A stretch of 64,000 nucleotides of DNA, taken from contig CAWDOD010000002.1 of assembly GCA_963803805.1 (NCBI GenBank), forward strand, positions 480,001 through 544,000. The letters run 5' to 3'. This DNA comes from an uncultured cyanobacterium. GTDB lineage: Bacteria; Cyanobacteriota; Cyanobacteriia; Cyanobacteriales; CAWCAG01. A program made the position numbers and the translations under genes. The notes beneath the pieces are model-generated. The model did no database searches. It was not told the origin of the DNA and was given only the letters and a program-made list of their open reading frames with translations. Shown piece by piece: positions 53,664-62,891 of this stretch (position 1 is the stretch's first letter; every line of letters begins with the position of its first letter).

Positions 53664-54095
53664 ATGTCTGAATTGAGTGTTGTCAAAGGTAGCTGCTTAT
53701 GTAATGCGGTGAAAATTTCCACAGCTAGTATCAATCCTCACGTATCAGCCTGTCATTGTAATATTTGTCGCAAATGGGGCGGGGCAGCTTTACTAGGAGT
53801 TGAATGTAACGAAGGTGTTAGTTTTGAGGGAGAAGAAAATATTGGGGTTTACCAATCATCAGAATGGGCAGAAAGGGGATTTTGTCAAAAGTGTGGTAGT
53901 CATCTATTTTATAGATTGAAAGAAAATAATCACTACTTCGTACCGGTAGGTATTTTTGATAATAGCGAAAATCTTGTCTTCAATCTTCAAGTTTTTATTG
54001 AAGAGAAACCCGACTATTACTCTTTTGCCAATGAAACCAAAAATATGACAGGGGAAGAGGTTTTTGCTATGTTTGCTTCTCTTTTTGAAAAGTAA
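53664..54095 (+). CDS. GFA/CENP-V family protein
   Basis: GSCLC, CHCNICRK and RGFCQKCGS motifs. Confidence 0.9.
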   Translation: MSELSVVKGSCLCNAVKISTASINPHVSACHCNICRKWGGAALLGVECNEGVSFEGEENIGVYQSSEWAERGFCQKCGSHLFYRLKENNHYFVPVGIFDNSENLVFNLQVFIEEKPDYYSFANETKNMTGEEVFAMFASLFEK

Positions 54096-54160
54096 TTTTC
54101 TGGTTGAATTTGCAATCCGCCATTGCTGTTAGGCATCACTGAGGAAATTAACTAAGCAAA

Positions 54161-54547
54161 CTAATTTTTGGGAAAGGAACATTCAACGGTGATTTTTAAA
54201 TGGCTATCTGCTGAACCTTCGGTGACATAGGGAACACCAACTTTTCCTCCTACCTTAATGCCGAACTCTAGAGTTACTTTATCTATGTTGGCATTGGCTA
54301 TATCTTGGAAAGCTTTAAGAGTATATTTTGTATAGGCTTTGATTGTGCCTTGGATAGCTTGGAAATTTTGGGCAATTTGTTCTTGGGGTAAAACGGGTTG
54401 TTTTCCCTGCAAAATATCCCTTAACCCTTTATCCTGTTTGCCTAATTCTTCTCTGGTTAATTCTGTTTCTTCATCAGGGGGAGTAGTTTCTGGGACAGCA
54501 ATTTCGATGTTTTCCTTCGCTTCAATATAAATCACTGTGCCGTCCAT
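54161..54547 (-). CDS. CU044_2847/Trypco1-like protein
   Basis: VTLEFGIKVGGKVGVPYVTEGSADSHLKITV pattern. Confidence 0.7.
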   Translation of the reverse strand: MDGTVIYIEAKENIEIAVPETTPPDEETELTREELGKQDKGLRDILQGKQPVLPQEQIAQNFQAIQGTIKAYTKYTLKAFQDIANANIDKVTLEFGIKVGGKVGVPYVTEGSADSHLKITVECSFPKN

Positions 54548-54548
54548 T

Positions 54549-54730
54549 ACGACTCATCGGACTTACTCTACCATTCATTTCACTTACGGAATCATTCATT
54601 TGGCTTACATTAGACCTGTCCATTAATTAAAATTTAGTCTAGATTTTGTAAGGGCTTCAGATTAATTTTTGGACAAGTCTATTACAATTCATCAGACTTA
54701 CTTTGCCATATATTTGGCTTACGGAATCAT
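54549..54730. repeat. 21-bp tandem repeat array A, interrupted by a MITE
   Basis: Core (G/C)(A/G)CTTAC at 54560, 54581, 54602, 54695 and 54716. Confidence 0.8.
54612..54680. mobile_element. 69-bp MITE with 3-bp target duplication ATT
   Basis: AGACCTGTCCA ... TGGACAAGTCT flanked by ATT on both sides; removing 72 bp restores the 21-bp period. Confidence 0.8.
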
Positions 54731-54875
54731 TTTTTGATTAATAGAGCAAATTTAATTGCGATGCTGAAGGCAAGAGAAGCTATCGTCAGGCGATACCCTA
54801 CCGGTGCAGTGAAGCGATCGCTTTAATCAACTACGTAAAAAAAGGGGAATGAAGTTTTGTAAAATAGAACTATGC

Positions 54876-54897
54876 TTATCTATTAGGTTAATACTTT
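54876..54897 (+). repeat. 22-bp direct repeat, copy 1
   Basis: TTATCTATTAGGTTAATACTTT, identical to 56925-56946. Confidence 0.85.
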
Positions 54898-55132
54898 GGT
54901 TAAAAAAATTGACATCAAAAAACAACCATTCAACCTTCAAGAACTTCTCTCTCTGTTAAATCAGCATACAGAGATTATCTTGACAGAGGGGAGCATTCCT
55001 CAAGCGCGCTTAGTTGCTTTACCCACAAAACCAAATAAGTTGAGAGTTCCAGGACTACATCCCCAGGCTTTTCGTCTGAGTGAAGATTTTGATGCTCCTT
55101 TGCCTGATAAATTTTGGCTAGGAAATATATGA
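54896..55132 (+). CDS. Antitoxin, Phd/YefM-like
   Basis: EIILTEGSIPQARLV...EDFDAPLPDKFW; ATGA overlap with the toxin start. Confidence 0.78.
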   Translation: MVKKIDIKKQPFNLQELLSLLNQHTEIILTEGSIPQARLVALPTKPNKLRVPGLHPQAFRLSEDFDAPLPDKFWLGNI

Positions 55133-55515
55133 AATTATTGTTGGATACCCATGCTTTTCTTTGGTGGGATAGTGAACCAGCAAAGCTTTCTCCTACGGCA
55201 ACTGGTTTAATACAAGATGAAACTAATGAAGTTATCCTCAGTGTTGTTAGCGTTTGGGAGATACAAATCAAATCCCAGTTGGGCAAGTTAGAGATTCAGC
55301 AACCTTTGGCGGAGATTATTAATAGCCAGCACACCAATAATGGTATAGATATCCTATCAATCACTCTTCAGCACGTTTTACTTTTAGAAAATTTGCCAAC
55401 TCCTCACAAAGATCCTTTTGATCGTCTTTTAATTGCTCAAGCAATAGCAGAAAATGCTACTTTAGTTAGTCGTGATCACATTTTTTCTGAGTATCCTGTA
55501 AGCGTAATTTGGTAA
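55129..55515 (+). CDS. vapC: VapC-family PIN toxin
   Basis: LLLDTHAFLW, SVWEIQIK, HKDPFDRLLIAQA and VSRD motifs. Confidence 0.92.
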   Translation: MKLLLDTHAFLWWDSEPAKLSPTATGLIQDETNEVILSVVSVWEIQIKSQLGKLEIQQPLAEIINSQHTNNGIDILSITLQHVLLLENLPTPHKDPFDRLLIAQAIAENATLVSRDHIFSEYPVSVIW

Positions 55516-55892
55516 GAAATTTCTTCTATTTGCTCCCTAATCCTTATATTAAACTAATGCCTTTACGCTCCCACCATTCATCTTAACCTTTGCTATGTCT
55601 TTTACCCTGATACTACTTCTTCCCAAGTAGGAACTCTTTCCCATTCACTAGCAATCGGTTCATACTTGCAGTAACAAATAATCGTTTCCCCCATTCACAA
55701 TCTTCAGACTGTCCAAAATAACGATTAACTCGCGTACCTTGCCCAGCATCAATTCACCTCCTAAATAATGGTGGTCAAGATTTGCCCACAACTTTAATCA
55801 ACAAATATACTATCTTTTGCCCACCCTACTTGAAAATTTGCTGTTGAGAGGCGGAAATAAAGCTTGGTGTATTTGATAATTTTGGCACAGTA

Positions 55893-56030
55893 AGGTTACT
55901 TTATCGTTCATTTGACTTACTCTGCCATTCATTTGGCTTACTCTGCGATATATTTCACTTACGGAATGACTTATTTGACTTACTTTATGACTCCTCGGAC
56001 TTACTGAGCGATCTATTTGACTTACGGAAC
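55893..56030. repeat. 21-bp tandem repeat array B (7 units)
   Basis: Cores at 55893, 55914, 55935, 55956, 55977, 55998 and 56019; reads as heptads such as SVSQIDR on the minus strand. Confidence 0.85.
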
Positions 56031-56155
56031 TATTTTTTGGCATTACTGGATAATGATATAGTTTCATCCCCTTACCTTTGAATCCTCTACCCCTAAATAC
56101 CCAAATGTTCGCGGAATTAGGAGTTTTTTACCTACTCTGGGAGGCGGATTTGGTT

Positions 56156-56662
56156 TCAATCAGAATCATCATCAGTCCCTTGTTCCAATGCAAAATCAAT
56201 CACACCTTGACTTAACCTAATTCCTCGGTTAACCATTCGAGAAATTGCTTCTGGTATGGAAATAGAATAACCTTCTCCCTTAGCTCGTAGCAAAATACCA
56301 ATTGAACCTGTAACAGAAAGTTGACTTAACCTCGCAATTCGCCTACCTGCTGCTTCATCAATACAGACAGTTTGGATATTCTCATTTATGGCTAGTTGAA
56401 TAACTGCCGCTTCACCTGGATCAAGGGCATTGAGGAGAAAAGGAGAAATATTTAAGGACTTTGGCTGTTTTGTTAGCCAAGTTGCTGCGGTAAATTCTTT
56501 AACAGCAAAATCACTAGAACCACCAACAAGGATTTCTTGACAGACTTCATAGGGAACTAATACTTTAGTGTAGAGAAATTGCAGTACTTTTAAGTCTCCC
56601 AAAGCAGCCACAAGAGCGATTAATGGCCCAGTGTTGATCACAATTGTCTCAGTTTTAGGCAT
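56156..56662 (-). CDS. DUF3368 PIN-like protein
   Basis: VINTGPLI, LDPGEAAVI, IDEAAGRRIA and GSIGILLRAK motifs. Confidence 0.88.
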   Translation of the reverse strand: MPKTETIVINTGPLIALVAALGDLKVLQFLYTKVLVPYEVCQEILVGGSSDFAVKEFTAATWLTKQPKSLNISPFLLNALDPGEAAVIQLAINENIQTVCIDEAAGRRIARLSQLSVTGSIGILLRAKGEGYSISIPEAISRMVNRGIRLSQGVIDFALEQGTDDDSD

Positions 56663-56909
56663 TTTCTAAATCGGCTAATAATTCCTCTTCACTAAGGTCA
56701 ATCATTGGCACACCGTAACGATGTAAACTAAGCAAAAATGAGACTCTATCAATGCTGAGTAATGCTGCTGCCATGCCAGAAGAAAGACGTTTCATTTCAA
56801 AAAGTTTGACTGCCATTGCCCATTTTGCTTCCTGTTCAAACTGTTCTCTAGTTTGTTGCAAAGCATCAGGAAAGGTTTCTGGATAGTTTATAGTTAATTG
56901 GTGGGACAT
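56655..56909 (-). CDS. UPF0175 family protein (antitoxin-like partner of DUF3368)
   Basis: AVKLFEMKRLSSGMAAALL..RVSFL; overlaps the DUF3368 start. Confidence 0.88.
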   Translation of the reverse strand: MSHQLTINYPETFPDALQQTREQFEQEAKWAMAVKLFEMKRLSSGMAAALLSIDRVSFLLSLHRYGVPMIDLSEEELLADLENA

Positions 56910-56924
56910 ATTTTTGTGTTTAAT

Positions 56925-56946
56925 TTATCTATTAGGTTAATACTTT
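56925..56946 (+). repeat. 22-bp direct repeat, copy 2
   Basis: Identical to 54876-54897. Confidence 0.85.
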
Positions 56947-56964
56947 CTGGTGGAGATTAAGGAA

Positions 56965-57256
56965 GTGAGCGCTACAAAAGAGAAAATCATTGAAAAAAAT
57001 TGATATTCTACCAGAATCATTACTCCAAGAAATTCTCATCTTTGTAGAGTTTCTCTGTTGGCAAACTAATCATCCTCAACTAAAAAGTTTGCTCCTGGAA
57101 CACCTACTTAACCCTAAAGCTCACGGTGACGAACTCAAAACTTCAGAAAATAGTCAATCTCCCCAAGAAGAAGTAGTAGATCCTATTTCTCCTTTGCTAG
57201 GCACTTTAAAATCAGAATTTACTGATATTGGCGAAAATCATGACCAATATTGTTGA
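56965..57256 (+). pseudogene. DUF2281-like antitoxin, frameshifted in an A7 run and truncated
   Basis: GTG-SATKEKIIEK/IDILPESLLQEILIFVEFL...DIGENHDQY, then an abrupt junction. Confidence 0.6.
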
Positions 57257-57393
57257 AAACCAGAACAGATAAAAGTTGGTCTTTGGTTGATGCGACTTCT
57301 TTTGTTATTATGGAGCAATTAAACTTACAACAAGCTCTAACTAGTGATCGACATTTTGAACAAGCAGGTTTTGTTCGTCTACTCAGAAATTGA
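57250..57393 (+). pseudogene. C-terminal fragment of a PIN/VapC toxin
   Basis: RTDKSWSLVDATSFVIMEQLNLQQALTSDRHFEQAGFVRLL; N-terminal part missing. Confidence 0.8.
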
Positions 57394-57419
57394 ATAATCA
57401 CTCCCTAATTTACCTTCTT

Positions 57420-58301
57420 TTAACTCTTCACTCGACTAGGACTAGGATTAGGACTCCCATCAGGCAATAAATACCCCGAATCTTGTAAAAAAGCTCTAAG
57501 GGCTGTGGGAAAATCAGTATAGGTTCCGATCACATCCCCTTGATCATTATAAATATCAAGTCCCCAATCAGAATTACGGTCATAATTAGCTAACATAAAC
57601 TCCCAGCCTTCCTCAAACTCCCCTAACAAAATCTTTTGCGCCACATACCCTGCCAGGATACCATTAGCCCCATAACCTTGAGATTGCATTTCCCGAATTG
57701 CCAAATACATTTTCCAGGCATATCCTTCCATCTCCTGGGGAAACTGCTGAGTAACATCAACAAACTGACCATCTTCTAAAGATAAAATCATCAAAGGGGG
57801 AAACGAGGCAACATAAGCATCAAAGGCGTAGAAAAAGGCATTATCGAAACTGGAGAACTCTTGAGTACCATCACCATCAAGATCCTCAAAACGTCCTGCC
57901 CCGCCATCAAGATAGCCTGTAGTTGCCTTAGCAAAACCATCTCCTTGCCAAGTATAAACTGAAAAATTTGTACAACAATGAGCGCCCCCAGAATAGGTAC
58001 GGACAATCACCTCATTGCTGCCATCATTATCGATATCATCGAGTTTAACAGCACTGTATGTAGTAGTATCCTCGGAAGTATCTACATAAAGAGTTTCCCC
58101 ATAAAAGATTTGGTATTTCAACGGCGCATCATATCTGTCTTCGGTAAGTTCGTAGTTAACCATTACACGCACCGTACCATCGGATAATTCTTCGTTGAGA
58201 ATAGTTTCGTGGTTAATTTCCAATTCTGTTGCTGCTAAAGTAGGGGTTGCTAGCAACGAAATGCCCAGGAATAGTCCAGCGACGGTTTGAATTGATTTCA
58301 T
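57420..58301 (-). CDS. Hypothetical secreted protein with DxDxDG (FG-GAP-like) motifs
   Basis: Signal peptide; DIDNDGSNE, YSGGAHCC and DLDGDGTQE motifs. Confidence 0.75.
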   Translation of the reverse strand: MKSIQTVAGLFLGISLLATPTLAATELEINHETILNEELSDGTVRVMVNYELTEDRYDAPLKYQIFYGETLYVDTSEDTTTYSAVKLDDIDNDGSNEVIVRTYSGGAHCCTNFSVYTWQGDGFAKATTGYLDGGAGRFEDLDGDGTQEFSSFDNAFFYAFDAYVASFPPLMILSLEDGQFVDVTQQFPQEMEGYAWKMYLAIREMQSQGYGANGILAGYVAQKILLGEFEEGWEFMLANYDRNSDWGLDIYNDQGDVIGTYTDFPTALRAFLQDSGYLLPDGSPNPSPSRVKS

Positions 58302-58344
58302 TTTGATAATATCAGGTAATTTAGCTTAATTTATTATTCACTTA

Positions 58345-59640
58345 GAGAAGACAACAAAAAAGATGATCCAATAATCAAGTAGGTTTACCGATGATATCGA
58401 CAAACCACTTGGGCAAAAGGGAAAATCTCTGAACTTGTTTCTCTAACTTGGCCATAGCCCTCTGAGTTAATTTAACTCCAGTGTGATAAACTTTCTCCAC
58501 GAGCCGAACGACAGGTTGCTGACCTCGAAAAGTCAAGTTTTCAGCAAAGCGTAGCACCGTTTCAACACTGTCAAGTAAGCTACCATTCCAATGTTGTTCT
58601 AACCAGCCAAAGGTACGCTCGACGGGATTATATTTGCTGTGATAGGGAGGATAGTAAGCCAAGCTAATGTGGAGTTGAGAGTGACAAGCAAACCCCACAA
58701 TTCGATGGAGAAACTGAGTACGACGGGAATGATTTTCTGGGCCATTGTCCTGGTTTAGTACCAATTTATCGATATCTCGAAAGCGGTCTTTAACCGTTGA
58801 CCACCACAACTCCAGCAAATCCACAATACAATCTGCCGTCAGTTTGGAGCTGACAAAGAACAAGTACAACTCCTGGTATTGAGGCAGAAAAATACCGTAG
58901 GGAGTTATGGTTGTAGTGGGAGTAAAGTCATGGTCTAGAGCTATTGTCCCAACTCTGGTTTTACCTCCGCGATCAAATTCCCCAATCTTGATTACTGCTT
59001 TGGCATCCATAGAAATGCGTAGGGTCTTAGGGTCTGCATCTGCTTGTTGATTGACTTGGTTGAGATGCTTAAAAATCTCTTCGGTTTCTGGTATCCGCTT
59101 TTTGGGTTTTGCTTTCTGTACTCGTTTTAAGCTATACCCCATTTCGTTTAAGCGACGGCGTATCGTCTCCACACTCGGTAATTCTTCTTCGGTATAGCCT
59201 TTGTGTTTGATTAACTGACGACGTACCTGTGCTGCACTCATCCTAGTGTATAAGCGAGTACTCTGGAAACTTGGGTCTGTTTGTGTTTGTGAGTCTACCA
59301 AGCCTCGTATATCTTCTCCCAATTGCGGCAGTTTCTTTTCTACTCGCTTACGTCCACTACGTTCATAACCATCCTTGATTTCTTCCCCACTAGTTAATTC
59401 CTTTATTCCTTTACGGATTGTTCGTCGATTCCACTTCAATTCTCTTTCTGCTAAACTTTGTCCCCCTACACCTAATTCTTTCACTACTGCTGCCATAAAC
59501 TGCCGTCTGGCACTACCTTTGAGTTGTTTGGCTGTTTTTATATAAAGAACTTTTATACTTTCGCTTAGTTTCTTCATCCACTTTTTTTACTCTCACAATT
59601 CTCCTAATTTAAACTGGATCATTCTTTTTGTGGCTCTCTC
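58345..59640 (-). mobile_element. Complete ISAzo13-family insertion sequence
   Basis: 26-bp imperfect TIRs (20/26 matching; GAGA...ACAAAAA..ATGATCCA) and a 3-bp TTA duplication at 58342-58344 and 59641-59643. Confidence 0.9.
58375..59577 (-). CDS. ISAzo13-family DDE transposase
   Basis: ISMDAK, ALDHDF, DNGPEN and YPPYHSKYNPVER motifs. Confidence 0.93.
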   Translation of the reverse strand: MKKLSESIKVLYIKTAKQLKGSARRQFMAAVVKELGVGGQSLAERELKWNRRTIRKGIKELTSGEEIKDGYERSGRKRVEKKLPQLGEDIRGLVDSQTQTDPSFQSTRLYTRMSAAQVRRQLIKHKGYTEEELPSVETIRRRLNEMGYSLKRVQKAKPKKRIPETEEIFKHLNQVNQQADADPKTLRISMDAKAVIKIGEFDRGGKTRVGTIALDHDFTPTTTITPYGIFLPQYQELYLFFVSSKLTADCIVDLLELWWSTVKDRFRDIDKLVLNQDNGPENHSRRTQFLHRIVGFACHSQLHISLAYYPPYHSKYNPVERTFGWLEQHWNGSLLDSVETVLRFAENLTFRGQQPVVRLVEKVYHTGVKLTQRAMAKLEKQVQRFSLLPKWFVDIIGKPT

Positions 59641-59768
59641 TTAGCAAACCAGGATTTTCCAAAGCTGCCTTGAGGATTAATTTTTTTTGCCAAAAGTTTT
59701 GTTAAAACATAATAATGAGCGGATTAATTTACCCTCTGAACTACCACCTAACTTAGAACCAAGTCTAT

Positions 59769-62702
59769 ATGCTTAATTTGGATGCTACACTTCTGCTTAG
59801 TTCTCCCCAAACTCCAACGCCCTTAGAAGAAATCACGGCAACAGAAGCATTTGCCCAAAGGCATATAGGCCCCAATTCTCAAGAAGTGGCACAAATGCTA
59901 GAATATCTTGGCTTTTCTAGTTTAGATGAATTAATTGACAAAGCTGTTCCTGGTACTATTGCCCTTAAACAACCTTTAAAGTTACCAAAGGCAAAAAGTG
60001 AATCTGAAGCCCTGACTCAGTTAAAAGGAATAGCAGCTAAAAATCAAGTTTTACGTTCCTTTTTGGGTATGGGTTATCACGACTGCATTACCCCACCAGT
60101 AATTCAACGCAACATCTTAGAAAATCCTGGTTGGTATACTGCTTATACCCCTTATCAAGCGGAAATTGCCCAAGGTAGATTAGAGGCACTCCTTAATTTC
60201 CAAACTGCCATTATTGAATTAACGGGTTTAGAGATTGCCAACGCTTCCCTACTTGATGAAGCCACCGCCGCAGCCGAAGCAATGGCCATGAGTTATGGTT
60301 TGTGTAAAACCAAGGCGCAAGCCTTCTTTGTTTCCAGTTGCTGCCATCCTCAAACTATTGAAGTTGTGCAAACCCGCGCCTTACCTTTAGGAATTGAGGT
60401 GATTGTCGAAGATCATCGCTTCTTCAACTTCGATGTTCCCATCTTTGGAGCATTGCTGCAATACCCTGCCACCGATGGGGCAATTTATAACTACCGGGAA
60501 TTTATTGACAATGCCCATACCGTTAAAGCTTTAGTTACTATGGCCGCAGATCCTTTAAGCCTGGCTTTATTAACTCCGCCAGGGGAGTTGGGGGCAGATA
60601 TTGCGGTGGGTAGTACTCAACGTTTTGGAGTTCCTTTAGGTTATGGTGGCCCCCATGCCGCCTATTTTGCCACCAGGGAGAAGTTTAAACGGCAAGTACC
60701 AGGGAGGATTGTGGGGGTTTCTCAAGATAGCCAGGGGAAACCAGCTTTACGTTTGGCTTTGCAAACCCGTGAACAACATATCCGTCGGGATAAAGCTACT
60801 AGTAATATTTGTACCGCCCAGGTTTTATTGGCGGTGATTGCTTCTATGTATGCGGTGTATCATGGGGCAGAAGGTATTAAACGCATTGCTACTAAGGTGC
60901 ATCGTTTAGCAATAATTCTGGCAGCAGGTTGTCAAAGATTGGGTTATAGCATCAACGACGAACCCTTTTTTGATACTGTGCGGGTTGGTGTAGGGGAAAG
61001 TAGTGCCTCGGTGGTAGTGGATGTGGCGAGGAAAGCAGGTTTTAACCTCCGGCTTTTAGATGGGGGTGCAGTGGGTATTGCTTTGGATGAAACCACCACC
61101 TTAGAAGAGTTGGTTCAACTGTGGCAGATTTTTTCCATTCGCCAAGAGTTACCCTTCAACCCAGAGGAATTAGCCAGAGAAACTTTAGCAAAAACCTGTG
61201 GTCATTTACCTTCCTATTGCTTACGTACCAGCAACTATTTAACCAACCCCGTTTTCAATACCTACCACTCCGAAACAGCATTACTTCGCTATCTCCACCA
61301 ACTAGAAACCAAGGATCTCTCCTTAACTACTTCCATGATTCCCTTGGGTTCTTGTACCATGAAACTCAACGCTACTGCTGAGATGATTCCAGTAACTTGG
61401 GCTGAGTTTGGTAAAATACATCCCTTCGCCCCCCTCTCTCAAACCCAAGGTTATCAAGAACTATTTCAACAATTAGAAGCCTGGTTGACAGAAATAACTG
61501 GCTTTGCAGCTACCTCCCTCCAACCAAATGCCGGTTCCCAAGGAGAATATGCCGGACTACAGGTAATTCGCCAGTACCACCAACAACGGGGAGAAGGACA
61601 TCGCCAAATATGCTTAATCCCAGAATCTGCCCACGGTACAAACCCTGCCAGTGCAGTGATGTGTGGTTTGAAGGTGGTGGCGGTTAAATGTGATGGTGAA
61701 GGAAATATTGCGATCGCCGATTTGCAAGCCAAAGCAGAAAAACATCAAGGTAATCTTGCTGCTTTGATGATTACCTATCCTTCTACCCATGGTGTCTTTG
61801 AAGCAGGAATTAAAGAAATTTGTACCATTGTTCATAACTGTGGTGGCCAGGTTTATATGGATGGGGCAAATATGAATGCCCAAGTTGGGTTATGTCGTCC
61901 TGGGGATATTGGGGCGGATGTTTGTCACCTTAACCTTCATAAAACCTTCTGCATTCCCCACGGCGGTGGAGGCCCGGGCATGGGACCTATTGGGGTGGCA
62001 AGTCATTTAGTTCCTTTTTTACCAGGCCATTCTGTCGTTAACTTAACAGATAGTGACCAGGCACTGGGGGCAATTTCCGCAGCCCCTTGGGGTAGTGCTA
62101 GTATATTACCCATTTCCTGGATGTACATTGCTTTAATGGGGGCAGAAGGGTTAACAGAGGCGACAAAGATAGCCATATTAAACGCCAATTATATCGCCCG
62201 TCGTCTAGATGAACATTACCCGGTTTTATTTAAAGGGGAATCTGGTTTAGTCGCCCATGAATGTATTGTAGATTTACGCCCGGTGAAAAAGAAGGCGGGG
62301 ATTGAGGTGGATGATGTTGCCAAGCGGTTAATGGATTATGGTTTCCATGCCCCGACTGTTTCTTGGCCTGTACCAGGAACTATGATGATAGAACCGACTG
62401 AAAGTGAGAGTTTAAAAGAATTAGACCGTTTTTGTGAGGCGGCGATCGCCATTCGTCAAGAAATCGCTGCTATTGAGGAAGGCAAAGCAGATCCAGAAGA
62501 TAATCTCCTGAAAAATGCCCCCCATACCGCAGAAGTGTTGTTAAAAGCCGAATGGCAACATCCCTATTCTCGCCAAGAAGCAGCCTATCCTGCTTCCTGG
62601 CTGAGGGAACACAAGTTTTGGCCCAGTGTGAGTAGGATTAATAATGCTTTCGGTGATCGCAATTTAGTTTGTTCCTGTGAAGGAATGGAAGCTTTTCAAT
62701 AA
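59769..62702 (+). CDS. gcvP: Glycine dehydrogenase (decarboxylating), P protein
   Basis: [24 protein letters not shown] and [18 protein letters not shown] motifs. Confidence 0.98.
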   Translation: MLNLDATLLLSSPQTPTPLEEITATEAFAQRHIGPNSQEVAQMLEYLGFSSLDELIDKAVPGTIALKQPLKLPKAKSESEALTQLKGIAAKNQVLRSFLGMGYHDCITPPVIQRNILENPGWYTAYTPYQAEIAQGRLEALLNFQTAIIELTGLEIANASLLDEATAAAEAMAMSYGLCKTKAQAFFVSSCCHPQTIEVVQTRALPLGIEVIVEDHRFFNFDVPIFGALLQYPATDGAIYNYREFIDNAHTVKALVTMAADPLSLALLTPPGELGADIAVGSTQRFGVPLGYGGPHAAYFATREKFKRQVPGRIVGVSQDSQGKPALRLALQTREQHIRRDKATSNICTAQVLLAVIASMYAVYHGAEGIKRIATKVHRLAIILAAGCQRLGYSINDEPFFDTVRVGVGESSASVVVDVARKAGFNLRLLDGGAVGIALDETTTLEELVQLWQIFSIRQELPFNPEELARETLAKTCGHLPSYCLRTSNYLTNPVFNTYHSETALLRYLHQLETKDLSLTTSMIPLGSCTMKLNATAEMIPVTWAEFGKIHPFAPLSQTQGYQELFQQLEAWLTEITGFAATSLQPNAGSQGEYAGLQVIRQYHQQRGEGHRQICLIPESAHGTNPASAVMCGLKVVAVKCDGEGNIAIADLQAKAEKHQGNLAALMITYPSTHGVFEAGIKEICTIVHNCGGQVYMDGANMNAQVGLCRPGDIGADVCHLNLHKTFCIPHGGGGPGMGPIGVASHLVPFLPGHSVVNLTDSDQALGAISAAPWGSASILPISWMYIALMGAEGLTEATKIAILNANYIARRLDEHYPVLFKGESGLVAHECIVDLRPVKKKAGIEVDDVAKRLMDYGFHAPTVSWPVPGTMMIEPTESESLKELDRFCEAAIAIRQEIAAIEEGKADPEDNLLKNAPHTAEVLLKAEWQHPYSRQEAAYPASWLREHKFWPSVSRINNAFGDRNLVCSCEGMEAFQ

Positions 62703-62891
62703 TTGATCATTACCATCTACTTCTTTTAGCTCTCTAAGTGCATAATTGTAAGATGCACGACAAGCAAATTGCTGTAACTTAAGGTAGACTCTGTTTCCTC
62801 ACCTGCGGGGGATTATCTTTAACTGGGGATTTTTTTAAGATGTGGTTGCCATCGCAATTAAAAAGAATTTTGTAAGATTTAAGAGATTTGT

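Noticed and set aside
54866-54893. 22-bp repeat as a dif/pdif site
   Set aside because: TTAGGTTAATA loosely resembles a XerD arm, but neither copy has a XerC-like arm.
55600-55749. Short broken minus-strand frames (MLGKVRELIV.../ETIICYCKYEPI...)
   Set aside because: Possibly a gene remnant, but too short and disrupted to assign.
54549-56030. 21-bp arrays as a CRISPR array
   Set aside because: The period is too short, the variable parts are related to each other, and there are no cas genes.
610-62448. Frequent GCGATCGC octamers
   Set aside because: This is HIP1, a known genome-wide cyanobacterial feature; used only as a taxonomic clue.
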